NCBI RefSeq assembly: GCF_006345805.1
Contig: NC_042997.1
Span: 171,492,001 to 171,556,000, forward strand
Source: Octopus sinensis
Lineage: Eukaryota
Reading direction: 5' to 3'
Length of the DNA stretch: 64,000 nucleotides
A program made the position numbers and the translations under genes. Under the pieces are notes generated by a model that saw only the letters and a list, made by a program, of their open reading frames with translations, had not been told where the DNA came from and made no database searches. Shown here piece after piece: positions 24,746 through 38,444 of the stretch. Each line of letters starts with the position of its first letter. The stretch's first letter is position 1.

Positions 24746-25258
24746 TTGCTTTCTTACTTCCCCTTTTCTTTCCTTCCTTCTTTCCTTCCTTCCTTCCTTT
24801 CTTTCTTTTTTTGGTCTTGTTTGCTTGCTAGCTACTGCTTTACATATCTGACAGCTTTAGCCAAAGATGATGCTCTTTAACTCTTTAAGAATTCATAACT
24901 GAAAGCTTTGCTTGCAACTTTTTTGAATTTTTCTTAATTTTTGATGGAGTGAGGTGAGTGTATGTGCACGCACGTGTGTGTGTGTGTGTGTGTGGTTCAT
25001 TTATCTTCCTTTTCTTCTCTTTTCCCAGCAAGTATAACATGGTCTAATAATTATCATTGTTTCTAGTAAATGTTTTATTGGTCTTTATTTTCCCTCTCCA
25101 CCCACCACCATATTTGCTTCAAATATTTGCGTTTCCTTCATTCATAAAAATCTGAATAAATTTCAAGGAATTTAATCTGTTTAAATCATTTGCTATTCCT
25201 AATTCAATATTTGTATTCCCCTGGAGAATATAGACAATCAACATAAATGAATATATAT

Positions 25259-25276
25259 ATACACATACTCACACAC

Positions 25277-25332
<56 letters not shown>

Positions 25333-25340
25333 TAGATAGA
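25259..25340. repeat. (TAGA)n microsatellite
   Basis: Direct inspection. Confidence 0.95.
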
Positions 25341-25770
25341 TAAACATATATGTATAACTATAAATATTTAACCACTGGCATTTCTTCCAAGACAATACCA
25401 ATTTACATGTGATTTTGTGTCTGACCTAATGTTAAAACATTTTTAATGTATCCTTTGACAAATATTCATTTTGTATAGCATTTTCGATGTTTGTTAAGAT
25501 GATAGACAATTTTCACTTGAAATCTCATTATATTTTAACAGTTAAAAATAAAAAGAATTAGAAACAATAATATACTTGGAAAAATTTTGTTTTGGCTAAT
25601 CATGTCAGTTTACAAAGATTGAAGTAGGGCATGTAAAAGATTGTGAAAAGAAAAAAATGAAAGTAAATCCACAGCCGATCAACAGAATATAATGTTATTA
25701 ATGGACATTATTGGCATGAGTGACATCTAAAGACTTGGTTCTTGAACAAGTAGCAACACTTATTATAATG

Positions 25771-25826
<56 letters not shown>

Positions 25827-25844
25827 TAAAATATTGCCATAACC

Positions 25845-26522
25845 CATGGCCCCTACCTGGGACGTAGTCAGTCCACCTGTGCATACCTTCCTGCTTGTGA
25901 TACTTGTGAAGACCTGTTGAGGCAAGTGAAAGTCAAATCAAATCAAATAGATGAACATCAATGGAATTTGTATCCTTGTGGTACCAGTGCCGGTGGCACA
26001 TAAGAAAACCTTCCGAACGGGACCGTAGCCAGTACAGCATCAACTGGCCCCGTGCTGTGGGCACGTAACAAACACCATCCGATTGTAGCCGTTCGCCAGC
26101 CTCGTCTGGCTCCTGTGTCGGTGGCACATAAAAAACACCATTCGAGCGTGACCATCTGATAACACCATCCGAGCGTGGCCGTCTGCCAGCCTCGTCTGGC
26201 ACCTGTGGCGGTGGCACATAAAAAAACCCCATTCGAGCGTGACCGTCTGCCAGCCTCGCCTGGCACCTGTGTCGGTGGCACATAAAAAACACCATTCGAG
26301 CATGACCGTCTGCCAGCCTCGTCTGGCACCTGTGTCGGTGGCACATAAAATCACCCACTACACTCTCGGAGTAGTTGGCGTTAGGAAGGGCATCCAGCTG
26401 TAGAAACACTGCCAGATCTGACTGGCCTGGTGCAGCCTTCGGGCTTGCCAGACCCCAGTTGAACCGTCCAACCCATGCTAGCATGGAAAGCGGACGTTAA
26501 ACGATGATGATGATGATGATGA
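25845..26522 (+). mobile_element. RTE LINE 3' UTR with an internal ~63-bp tandem array
   Basis: Units start at 26095, 26185, 26249 and 26312; CCATGCTAGCATGG at 26473-26486; (GAT)n tail. Confidence 0.85.
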
Positions 26523-26654
26523 TATGGCACCCTAGGCATAACACCAACACAAACTTCCAACTTGTTGTCTCTTGAGGTCTCTGGGTGAGACTTGGAGCCA
26601 GCTTGTACAAATGTAAAGCAAAAGTAAAACAGAATAATAATAATAATAATAATA

Positions 26655-27911
26655 ATATTCCAGGGAGACACGCTCTCTCCACTCCTTTTCTGCTTGGCAC
26701 TGTCACCTCTATCTGATATACTAAATAGAACTGGATGCAGATATAAATCTTACGGCAAAACGATCAGCCACCTTTTATATATGGATGACCAAAAACTATA
26801 CGCTGCAAATGACAAACAGCTGGAAACACTATTAAAGACAGTTCATGGATTTACCAAAGAAATAGATATGAAATTTGGATTAGAAAAATGCGCCAAAGTA
26901 ACCCTGAAAAGAGGAAAACTAGTTAAGAGTAGCAACATCACACTAGATAAAACCAATGAAATAAAGGAATTAGACCAAAGCCAAACTTACAAACACTTAT
27001 GAATCCATGAACTAGATAAGACACAACACACACAAATGAAAGAGAAGATAAAAAAAGAATATTATAGATGAGTTAGATCAATACTAAAAACAGAGCTCAA
27101 TGCTAAAAACAAGATAATAGGTATTAACACTTTAGCTGTCCCAGTTATAAGTTACAGCTACAATATCCTTAACTGGACACTAAATGAACTGACCAAAATA
27201 GATAGGAAAACAAGAAAAATAATGACAGGATCTAGGATGCATCACCCAAAATCTGACATAGAAAGACTATATATACAACGTATAGAAGGTGGTAGAGGCC
27301 TTATACAGCTGGAAAACTACTATAAAGTAACCACCATAGGACTGCAAAAATATCTACTTCAGAAGGAAGGAAAACTGATACAAATAGCGACAAAACACGA
27401 GCAAAACAAAAAACTGTTCTCAGTATTTAAGGAAGCTGACAAATACAAACAAGAAATCATACCACCTAACAAATATGAAGAAGAAGAAGAAGAAGATGAA
27501 GAAACAACAAAAGCTATAAAACAAATGAAATCCAAACTAAAACTAGAACAGCAAAGAACCATGATAAAACGATGGCAAGAAAAGCCCCTTCATGGTAAAT
27601 ACTGGACTAAACTAAATGCAAAAGAACTAGACAAAGAAAAATCTCAGCAATGGTTGAGAAGCTCAGGACTCAAAGCAGAGACAGAGGGATTCTTAATTGC
27701 AGCACAAGACCAAAGCCTCCCCACCAGAAATTACCAAAAACATGTAATGAAAAGAAATATAACAAGTAACTGCAGAATATGTGGAGATGGACAAGAAACA
27801 ATAAATCATATTATCTCTAGCTGCCCAGTCCTGGTTAAGAAGGAATATATTCACAGACATGACAGAGTTGGAACCTACATACACTGGAAGCTATGCCAAC
27901 ATTATGGAATA
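26655..27911 (+). mobile_element. Dong/R4-clade non-LTR retrotransposon, RT and zinc knuckle, truncated
   Basis: IFQGDTLSPLLF, HLLYMDD (YMDD 26778-26789), FGLEKC, HPKSDIERLY..GGRGL, CRICG..ETINHIISSC, RHD; begins directly after (AAT)n; few stops. Confidence 0.9.
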
Positions 27912-27914
27912 ATA

Positions 27915-29070
27915 GTCTCTCTCTTTGCAGTATCATTAAATGCAAGTGAGCCATCATCCATGCAGACACATTTCTCTCCTATGACATCAAGATTCTCCCT
28001 CACACACTGTCTTGCAATATGAAACACTTCAAGTCATTAGTCCTCACGATGCAGAGCATTGACAAATTTTTTCTTATCTGCTTCCCCTCTGGTTAAGTAA
28101 ACCTGTTGCCTAGCTTCCCTTCTGGTGATCTGATACTGTTCCCTGCTACCACCACACTTCTAGTCCTTCCATGCTTGTTTCTTTTCCCTAATGGTCCTGT
28201 CAAATACATTGTTCCACCACCACGTTACCTCGGTTTGAGAGAGGACTTTGCACCTACCACAGATCTGGTCAGTATCCCTCAACAGGTTGTCAGGTAGGAA
28301 CCTCCAGTTGCCCTCCACATTATGTGATGCCATATCCTCCTCTTTTTCATCAAAAGCTTCAAGTAATATTCTCTAAATCTTTTTCCTTTAAAAGGTCCTT
28401 AAGCCTCCAGACCCTTCTTTTCCATATTGGTCTTCTTCTGGGCAGCCATTTAGCCCTGATCTTGAAGTCGTTAACTAATAATCTGGGTATGTTTTGGCAT
28501 TTATAAGTAGCCATCTTTCCTATTTCCCGGCAAGAATGTAGTCAATCTGACGAGTGGGCCCACCAGACTGATAGGTGAACAGATGACTGGCAGGTTTCCT
28601 GAAGTTAGCATTAGAGATCATAAGATCATTTGCATCACAGAACTCCACCAGCCTGGTTCCCTCCTCATTGCAGGAACCAAATCTGTTGCCACTATGTACA
28701 CCATGGAAGCTCCCTGGATGTTGTTCAACTTGCCCATTGAAGTCGCCAGCCACAAAAAGAAGGTCCTGTCATTCATCGATGAAGTAGTCTGCAAGAGGGT
28801 GTCATAAAATCAGTCTTTCTATTCATCATGTAGCCCTCTGCTGAGGAGCATAGAACAATCCATGTTGCAGCATTAGTCTAAGTTTAAGTATTCTATCATA
28901 GACTCTAACTACTTCGATTACCTGATCAACCCATTTCTCCACAAGGAGTATACCCATGCCCCTAGCACCATCAGTGTTCCCTACCCAGAAAATCTTTGCC
29001 TGTGAGGAACCTAGCAGAACTTCCTCTCCACCTTACTTCTTGGTTGCAGCACATATCTTCATGTCTCCAT
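27915..29070 (-). mobile_element. RTE LINE endonuclease/linker fragment
   Basis: AGDFNGQV..NEEGTRLVEFCDANDLMISNANFRKPASHLFTYQSGG..QIDYIL. Confidence 0.85.
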
Positions 29071-29084
29071 TCAAATAATACTTT

Positions 29085-29280
29085 CTATTATAGGCGCAAG
29101 GCTTGAAATTTGATGGGATGGGGCTAGTTGATTATATCAACCCCAGTGTTCAAATGGTACTTATTTTGTCATCCCCAAAATGATGAAAGGAAAATTTGAC
29201 TTTGGCAGAATTTGAACTCAGAATGTAAAAATAGATGAAATGCAGCTAAGCATTTTGTCTGGTGTGCTAGCAATTCTGCT
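29085..29280 (-). mobile_element. SINE B (tail ii), degenerate
   Basis: Family core and head. Confidence 0.75.
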
Positions 29281-29291
29281 ACCTTGAGGCC

Positions 29292-29329
<38 letters not shown>

Positions 29330-29365
29330 TAATAATAACAACAACAACAACAACAACAATAATAA

Positions 29366-29850
29366 TGGCTCTCGTGGCTTCTGATCTTAACTGATAGGAA
29401 GTGTTATCATGTACATTGCTTTGTCTTAGTATAAAAGATGGGCTACAGCAACTATTCTGCTCATTATCACAGATTTGCTTGTCGGTTGCTTGACCTTAAT
29501 CAGTTGAGCATGTCCCTTAGTGCTGACGATATGGGCATCTCTGATCACGAGCAGAAATAGTGGAGGAGCATCATAGTCATGTGTTGAGAATTTTTTAGGG
29601 TTTGAATAATTCACCTCTGGAAACATAGGTGTCTCATTCACCATCTTTAAACAACCCTTCTTCAAGGACCATTTGAGTGGAATGGGCTACTCAACCTGAA
29701 GGAAATTCTTACTGGATCCCACCAGCTTTTTATCTTGATATGAGATCGCCATGTTGCTCACATATGGTTGTGATGCATGTGCCTGGTGTACCCTTATCAG
29801 ATATGTAGTCATGCTGGGTATATTGGGCTTCATATATTTGTACCCCAGTG
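29366..29850 (+). mobile_element. Partial copy of the ~550-bp AAT-flanked element
   Basis: Closely colinear with 33000-33499; preceded by (AAT)n/(AAC)n. Confidence 0.85.
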
Positions 29851-30763
29851 TATTTTATCCAAGGAATGGATGCTGCGGCTTGTGTGCAAGCATGAAAGTA
29901 GCAAACTATCACATTCTCCTGTCAAGGAAGCTTGCAAATTCACAAAGGAACTTAGCATTAATCTTGATTTAGATCAAGAACCTGAAATCAATGGCATGAA
30001 AAAAGTAAAATGGATTAAGCAGACTGCAAAAAAGAATAGGCAGAAACAAATTGAGGAGTGGTGGAGCCAGAAGCCTCTGCATGGACAGTATATACTTCGA
30101 AGTCGAAATGCTGATGTAAGCCAAGCAACAACCCATCAGTGGATGAGAAGCTCAGGACTGAAAACAGAGACTGAAGGCTTCATATTAGCGGCACAAGATC
30201 AAAGCTTGTTTACTAAAAACTATCAAGCTAACATTCTTCAAAACAGTTCTGACTCTAGATGCAGATTTTGTGATACAGTAGACCATCTTATCTCAGGATG
30301 AGCTGTGCTGACACTAAACAAATGCAAAAGTCACTACAACAGGGTAGGTCAGTATTTACATTGGAAAATATGTAAACACTACAAAATCAGCACTCCTACA
30401 TACTGGTACTAACATCATACTGAACCAGTTGTTGAAGGTAAAAATGTCTCTAACCTCTGGGAGTTTCCAGTCAACACTGACAAAATGATCCAGGCTAATC
30501 GACCAGTTAACTGGATATAGTCATTAAAGACAGGGAAGAAAATATTTGTAGACTAATAGATGTAAGTGTTCCCACTGATAAAAATAGATCTATAAAGGAA
30601 TTTTACAACTTAAGTAAATATAAGGACCTGAAAATCGAAATACAAACGTTAAGCATCTTAAAACGAGAACAGTTCCTGTTATTGTAGGTGTCCTAGGTAT
30701 GATCAAAATGGGATGCTACACATGCAAGACTCCAGGAGCACCAACAAAACCTGTGATAAAGAG

Positions 30764-30764
<1 letters not shown>
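29851..30764 (+). mobile_element. Dong/R4 3' fragment (lineage B body plus lineage C tail)
   Basis: QKPLHGQY, SSGLKTETEGFILAAQDQSL, CRFCDT, RPD..IKDREE..IDVSVP; colinear with 48300-49400; the last ~45 nt match 47995-48040; followed by (AAT)n. Confidence 0.85.
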
Positions 30765-30814
<50 letters not shown>

Positions 30815-31699
30815 TAATAATAATGATCTAATAATAATTCTGCTTATTCTTCCATTAGTTATTTACTTAGCCCGTCTAACACTTTTATATGATTAGTTGA
30901 AGGGAAAGGCGAAGAGTGAAAGAAAAAGAGGGTAAGGTGAAGAGTGAGAAAGAGAGAGAAAGAAAGGCAGAGAGAGAGAGAGAGAGACAGGGAGAGAGAG
31001 AGAGAGAGATGATAGTGGTGGTGGTGGAGGTGGTGATGAGAGGATAGTGAAAAGTGTAATTTAAAAAAAAAAATTGAACTAAGTTTTTCTAAATCACCTA
31101 TCACTTAACACATGTGCATAAGTGCAATTATTGATCGTCTACTCACTTGAAAATTGATATTTGTTTATAAAATATAGATGAAAGATGATGTTAAGATAAC
31201 AACAGAAAGAATGAAACTGAATAGGCAATGATGCAAAGAGAAGCAGAGGGTTGAAACATTAGAACAAGTGCAGGAGCATCAGCATGTAGAAAGGAAAATA
31301 CGAATCAAAGAGTATAGAGTGAGTATTTACAACAGATAAGGGGATGTATTCGAGCTAAAATATAAAATGTGAATAAGAGAGAACAACCAAAACAGAAAAA
31401 CCCTGTAAACAAACAGTTGAAAGTTATATTACTGACATGAATATTCTCTATAATCATTGTGAAGCTCTTAGATTTATAAATGAACCTCTGAACTTCTGAG
31501 AATATAGAAAATTCATGCTCCTTCATTTACAGCCTTATCCAGAAGAACTGAAAGGTGCTTTTTAATGAAAATTATACAGAATAAAGAATTTATAAACGAA
31601 CGTTGATTTTTATGTCTGTATATAAGCTTGCGACAATCTAAAAAAATTTGCATTTACAGTAGAACTTCCACAGGTACTACTAGTAATAATAACAATAAT

Positions 31700-32432
<733 letters not shown>

Positions 32433-32465
32433 TAATAATAATAACCCCTTTTTCCACAAGATGCA

Positions 32466-32900
32466 AAGATCCTGTGGGAGTTTATGATTCAGTGTGACAA
32501 TGAGATAGAGAATAGGAAGCCAGACATAGTCTTAATTCAGAAAGAAAGCAAACTATGCTGGATCATAGATATAGCATGCCCAGCTGACAACAAGGTATGT
32601 GATAAGGAAGAAAGAAAAGTCAATAGATATTGGTGAGGATAAGCAGTTGTGGTCAATGAAAAAGGTGGCAGTAGTACCAATGATTGTCAGAGCCCTGGGA
32701 ACAGTGAGTAAAAATCTTGAGATGTATATGGAACAAATAGGGGCTGCAATAAGTGTGGAGCACTTGTAGAAAACAGCACTGATTGGAATCACTCGAATAC
32801 CCCGGAAGGTGCTCGAAAAATAACGAGTGTTACCTTAATTCACTTATAGTGAACAGCTGACACTGTAGTACATCTCCAGCGTTAGAAGCTGTGCAAAGGC
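32466..32900 (+). mobile_element. Dong/R4 restriction-like endonuclease domain and 3' end (lineage A)
   Basis: KILWEFMIQCDNEIENRKPDIV..IIDIACP (PD-(D/E) motif); 3' UTR ...GCTGTGCAAAGGC then (GAT)(AAT)n. Confidence 0.85.
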
Positions 32901-32919
32901 AATGATGATGATGATGATG

Positions 32920-32961
<42 letters not shown>

Positions 32962-32978
32962 TAATAATAATAATAAAT

Positions 32979-33531
32979 GCCCTGATGCAGTACCAGGCAG
33001 TGGCTCTCATGGCTTCTGATCTTAACTGATTGGAAGTGTTATCATGTACATTGTTTTGTCTTGGTATAAAAGATGGGCTACAGCAAATATTCTGCTTAAT
33101 ACCACAGATTTGCTTGTCAGTTGTTTGACCATAACCAGTTGAGCATGTCCCTTAGTGACTGATGAGATGTGCATCTCTGATCACTAGCAGAAGTAGTGGG
33201 GGAGCATCATAGCCATGTGTTGAGAGGGATTCTATGGAGTTTGAATAATTCACCTCTGGAAACATAGGTGTTTCATTCAACATCCTTCAACAACCCTTAT
33301 TCAAGGACCTTTTGAGCGGGATGGGTTACTAGACCAGAAGAAAATTCTAACTGGGCCCACCTGCAAGGTCATGTGGTGTTTATCTTGATATGAGCTCACC
33401 ATGTCACGCACATATGGTTGTGATGCATGTGCCTGGTGTACCCTTATCAGACGGGTAGTCATGATGGGTATACTGGGCTTCATATATTTTACCCCAGTGT
33501 CACTTTGATGGCATGCACTGCTCTCTCACTC
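32979..33531 (+). mobile_element. ~550-bp non-coding element flanked by (AAT)n on both sides
   Basis: Second copy at 29366-29850; no A/B box or recognisable ORF; terminal stem-loops. Confidence 0.8.
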
Positions 33532-33586
<55 letters not shown>

Positions 33587-33649
33587 GCAGTAGTGGTGGT
33601 AGCAGCAGCAAGAATAATAATAAAAGCATAATATGAAAATGCTTAGAAA

Positions 33650-33905
33650 CAAGATGATTCAAAAATACATCACAAAGGTTCTCAGAAAATGACAAAGTGC
33701 ATGTAATCTGGGACATGTCAATTCACACAGACTGGCAGATTAAGGTAAATCATTCAGATAACATTGTCAAATACTAGCAGGAGAAAAAAGAGAGAGAAAA
33801 AAAGTACCTGTCTCCTAATCATTGTATCAACTGCAATTGATGACAATATATCAATGAAAGAAATGGAGAAACTATTCAGATATAGAAACCTAGAGAAACA
33901 CTTAA
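33650..33905 (+). mobile_element. Degenerate Dong/R4 RLE fragment
   Basis: ENDKVHVIWDMSIHTD..KE.EKL..Y.NLE. Confidence 0.65.
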
Positions 33906-34268
33906 AAAATGAATGTAAAAACTGAAAACACAAACAATTCTCATAATAATAGCTATCTTGGGGATGATAAAAAATATATGTAAGTATATATGCATACATG
34001 CATACAAACATACATACATACATACATAAATGCATACATACATACATACATACATACATACATACATACAAACATACATATACATGCACACATGTGTATA
34101 TTACAGAAATCAAAAAACTCAGAACATTCAGAATGGAATTTTTAAAAAAAGCATGGAAGCAAAATAAATCAAAACGCTGCATATATGCAAGGCATATGGA
34201 ACTACACTTTGTAGTGCAGTGAAGTGTAAAAATGATGTGACTACTGATATGTTACAAATAATGAAAGC

Positions 34269-34339
<71 letters not shown>

Positions 34340-34359
34340 CCTATCTATCTATCTATCTA

Positions 34360-34986
34360 GGAAGAGCTATTTTTATCATACTTGTGGCTATGGCGAAAGA
34401 ATGTATCTGGTGGACGCGCCTGAAAGGATTAGAGACAAACACTTTCCTCTCTGGTCAATCTCTCATCAACTTCTTCAAGTATCACTTGAAGAGGAAAGTG
34501 AGAGTAGAGAGGCAAGTTTTGTATAGTGAATGTTTTAAAAAAAGATGGGTGAATGTAGCAAGGATGGCACGTATGAATGACGAAGCCACCTTGACTATGA
34601 TTCTATGAACCGTAAAAATTAATACAGAGAGTTGCTTATTTGCAAAAAAAATAAAAGAAAGAAATATAACATGTGACTTCATTGACCGAGGTTACCGTGG
34701 TCTTTTCCGTAGGCTTTTCTTTCCACGGGTAAACCTCACCTGTCCTCCCCTTTACACTTCATATTGACATTTCTGTGATTACGATCCCTATTGATCAACT
34801 TTTTTTCCTCTCCCCTTTCCTTTTTTTTTTCTTTTTCCCTCTCCCCCTTTTTTAAAAAAAATCCTCCCCTTTTACGATCCCTTTTGATCGAAAACCAACC
34901 CCCTTTTTTTTTACCCCCAAAAGAAAAGCTCTACCTTGTAATTTGTTCTGTCTGTGTGCAGCCCTGTGTGGCTAATAAAGAAACAT
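34360..34986 (+). mobile_element. Tx1/L1-clade LINE 3' fragment embedded in (TCTA)n
   Basis: AKECIWWTR..F..HLKRKVRVER..FKKRW C-terminus; pyrimidine-rich 3' UTR; AATAAA at 34974-34979; TCTA repeats on both sides. Confidence 0.75.
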
Positions 34987-35144
34987 ATCTTTCTATCTAT
35001 CTATCTATCTTTGTGTACATGTGTGTGTGTGTGTGTGTAGACTGAAGCCATGCTGGGGCCCCATCTTGAAAAGTATATTTTTTAGGCCAGTACTTCTTTT
35101 ATTGGTCTCTTTTGTTGAACCACTAAGTTATATATATACCTTTT

Positions 35145-35520
35145 TATATACTTTTTTACTCTTTTACTTGTTTCAGTCATTTGACTGTGACCATGCTGGA
35201 GCACCACCTAGTACTTTTTCTATCGGTCTCTATTGCCGAACCACTAAGTTATGGGGGCGTAAACACACCAGCATCGGTTGCCAAGTGATGTTGGGGGGAC
35301 AAACACAGACACAAACATATACACACACATACATACATATATATATATATATATATGACGGGCTTCTTTTCAGTTTCCATCGACCAAATCCATCCACTCA
35401 CAAGGCTTTGGTCAGCCTGAGGTTATAGTAGAAGACACTTGCCCAAGGTGCCATGCAGTGGGACTGAACCCAGAACCATGTGGTTTGTAAGCAAGCTACT
35501 TACCACACAGCCACTCCTAT
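35145..35520 (-). mobile_element. SINE family A
   Basis: Full head, microsatellite and tail. Confidence 0.85.
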
Positions 35521-35550
35521 GCCTATTATTATTATAATTATATATATATA

Positions 35551-35583
<33 letters not shown>

Positions 35584-35589
35584 GAAAGC

Positions 35590-35950
35590 GAAAGCGAAAT
35601 CGAATTGAACCAGCCAGGATTCCTGGTCTGGTGGTACGTAAAAAGCACTATCTGACTCGTGGCCGATGCCAGCGCCGCCTCGACTGGCTTCCGTGCCGGT
35701 GGCACATAAAATACACCAATCCGACCGTGGCCGTTGCCAGCCTCGCCTGGCACCTGTGCAGGTGGCACGTAAAAAGCACCCACTACACTCATGGAGTGGT
35801 TGGCGTTAGGAAGGGCATCCAGCTGTAGAAACATTGCCAGATAAGACTGGAGCCTGGTGCAGCTTTCTGGCTTCCCAGATCCCCGGTCGAACCGTCCAAC
35901 CCATGCTAGCATGGAGAACGGACATTAAACGATGATGATGATGATGATGA
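35590..35950 (+). mobile_element. RTE LINE 3' UTR
   Basis: Hairpin-unit repeats; CCATGCTAGCATGG at 35901-35914; (GAT)n tail. Confidence 0.85.
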
Positions 35951-36039
35951 TATATATATACATATAAAAGCCATTTTAGTCATATGCTGGAGCTTTAACT
36001 AATATATTGGAAGTAATGTGAATAGAAGAGTGTAGACAA

Positions 36040-36200
36040 AAAATCTTAGAGAATTACCAGTATCGTTCCAAAGCTATTATGTCAAAGACTATATAGTCAG
36101 AATATACCTATCTTACATTCAGGGAGGAGAGAATTTGATACAAATAGAAAACTATTGCAGAATAACGGCAAAGAGAAACTGATTAGTTTGATAAAGGAAC
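36040..36200 (+). mobile_element. Highly degenerate Dong/R4 fragment
   Basis: Remnant of ..IQGG..LIQIENY, homologous to 27270-27330. Confidence 0.5.
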
Positions 36201-36319
36201 TTGAAGAAAACAACAGGAAAAAAAAAGAAATATTTTTTTTCTTTCTATATATAGTATAAACTAGAAACTAATTACACAGAAGGGAAGATTTAAGATAAAG
36301 ACAAAACAATAGGAAAAGT

Positions 36320-36725
<406 letters not shown>

Positions 36726-37214
36726 AAAACAATGATAATGACTATGATAATGGTGATGATTATAAAAGCAAAAGAAATATTCAAAACGAAACTTCAAAAT
36801 ATACAGAAGAAAGAAGTGAAGATAAAAATTATTCTGTGGCTATTATCGTGCAAAACTCAAAGAGAGGAAGTAAGCTAGTGTAAAAGCCAATAATGGCTCA
36901 AAAGGTCTAGAATAAAAGTAGTCATGAAATAAATACAAAAAAAAAAAACGAAAATAAAATAAACACACAATCAAAAACAAGAGGCTAATATCAACAGTAG
37001 ACTAATTTAATCAAGCACAATGAAACAATTGACAGTTTCATTTCTGGTTACCCAGTCCTTGCCACGACAGAATATACAACCACAGATGTGACTTGGTTGA
37101 TAGCTATGTTGACTGAGCAAATATCCTGCCAACATGAAAACTGAGAAAAAAGATTGGTTTTTAAAATGTTTGCTTCAAGCCTACTGGCTTGTGTTAAACC
37201 CAGTATATGGATAT

Positions 37215-37470
37215 AGCCTGACTTCAATATTCTGGGATAGGCTTGTTCATACTGATAAGGATATTGAAGCAAGCCATCCAGATATCGCAATTAAAGACAG
37301 GAATGAGGATCTAAGTGTTCTAGTACCTAGATTCCTTTTTGATTCCTCAGTCACTTCTGACTGAAATATCACATGAAAAGAAATACAGAAAGAATCAGTT
37401 CACAAAGATCTTGAAATAGGAATAAGTTGAATGTATGCTGTGAAAGTAAAGTCATTACAAATAATAATCA
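37215..37470 (+). mobile_element. Degenerate Dong/R4 RLE fragment
   Basis: SIFWDRLVHTDKDIEASHPDIAIKDR..KDLEI. Confidence 0.7.
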
Positions 37471-37849
37471 AGCGGAATGAGATGAGTTGGCACAGGTCTT
37501 TGGACACTGACAATTTGATACAGCTGACTGGATGTTAAGCCTGTTTTTACAAGAGTACTTTTTGGTGTTGGAGGCAAACATACACACACATATGCACATG
37601 TGAAGCAATATACACATACGGATGGAAAGAATGAAAGAGTTTTTTTAATTGAACATGTAGCATAAACACTTTCCCTTTCCTCACACATATAAAAAAAAAG
37701 AGAGAAAGAGAAGGTGGAGGAACAAGAGAAACATTAAAATGCCAAGTGTCAAATAAACAAAAAATCAGTGATGCCAAATAAGCAGATCCAAAACTGCCCA
37801 GCCAAAATGTCTCATACCCATGATCATGATCATAATCATCTTCATCAGC

Positions 37850-38440
37850 AGCATTTAACATCTGTTGTCCATGCCGGCATGGGTTGGGCAGTTTGACTAG
37901 GGCTGGCAAGTTGAGGGGCTGCACCAGACTCCAGTTCTGATTTGGAATGGATTTTACAGCTTGATGCCCTTCCTAATGACAACCACTCCAAGAATGTAAT
38001 GGGTGCTTTTACACCAGTTACATGACACCATCATCGGCCACAACTACAATTTTGCTTGGCTTGACAGGTTCTACACAAGGCACATTCAATTCAGTGTCCC
38101 ATAACTTATACAGTATACTTTAAAGGCGGTCAAATGACAAACAAATAAAAGAATAAAAGAATGTCACCGACATGGGAGCCAGTTGTGTTACACCAGTATC
38201 TACCACAACTACAATTTCACTTAGCTTGACGGGTCCACTACTCAAGCATGGCATATTGCCAAAGGTCTTGGTCATTTGTCATTGCCTCCCTGAGGCCCAA
38301 TGCTTGAAAGGTGCTTTTTATGTGCCACCAGTACAGGTGCTAGTTACACGATACCAACATTGGCCATATTGCCTCTGTGAGGCCTATCACTCGAGAGGTG
38401 TTTTTATGTGCCACCGGCACTATTTACACGACACCAGCTG
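37850..38440 (-). mobile_element. RTE 3' UTR fragments (rearranged)
   Basis: Reverse complement of the RTE tail and hairpin units; CCACAACTACAATTT module repeated at ~38040, 38203 and 38654. Confidence 0.65.
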
Positions 38441-38444
38441 CTGT

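Noticed and set aside
24268-24851. Lys/Arg-rich protamine- or histone-like ORFs
   Set aside because: They are readouts of the minisatellite; unit lengths of 29 and 37 are not multiples of three, so there is no frame conservation.
26095-26350. Regularly spaced palindromic repeats resembling a CRISPR array
   Set aside because: The intervening sequences are themselves repeats, not unique spacers; there are no cas genes; the array lies in a LINE 3' UTR.
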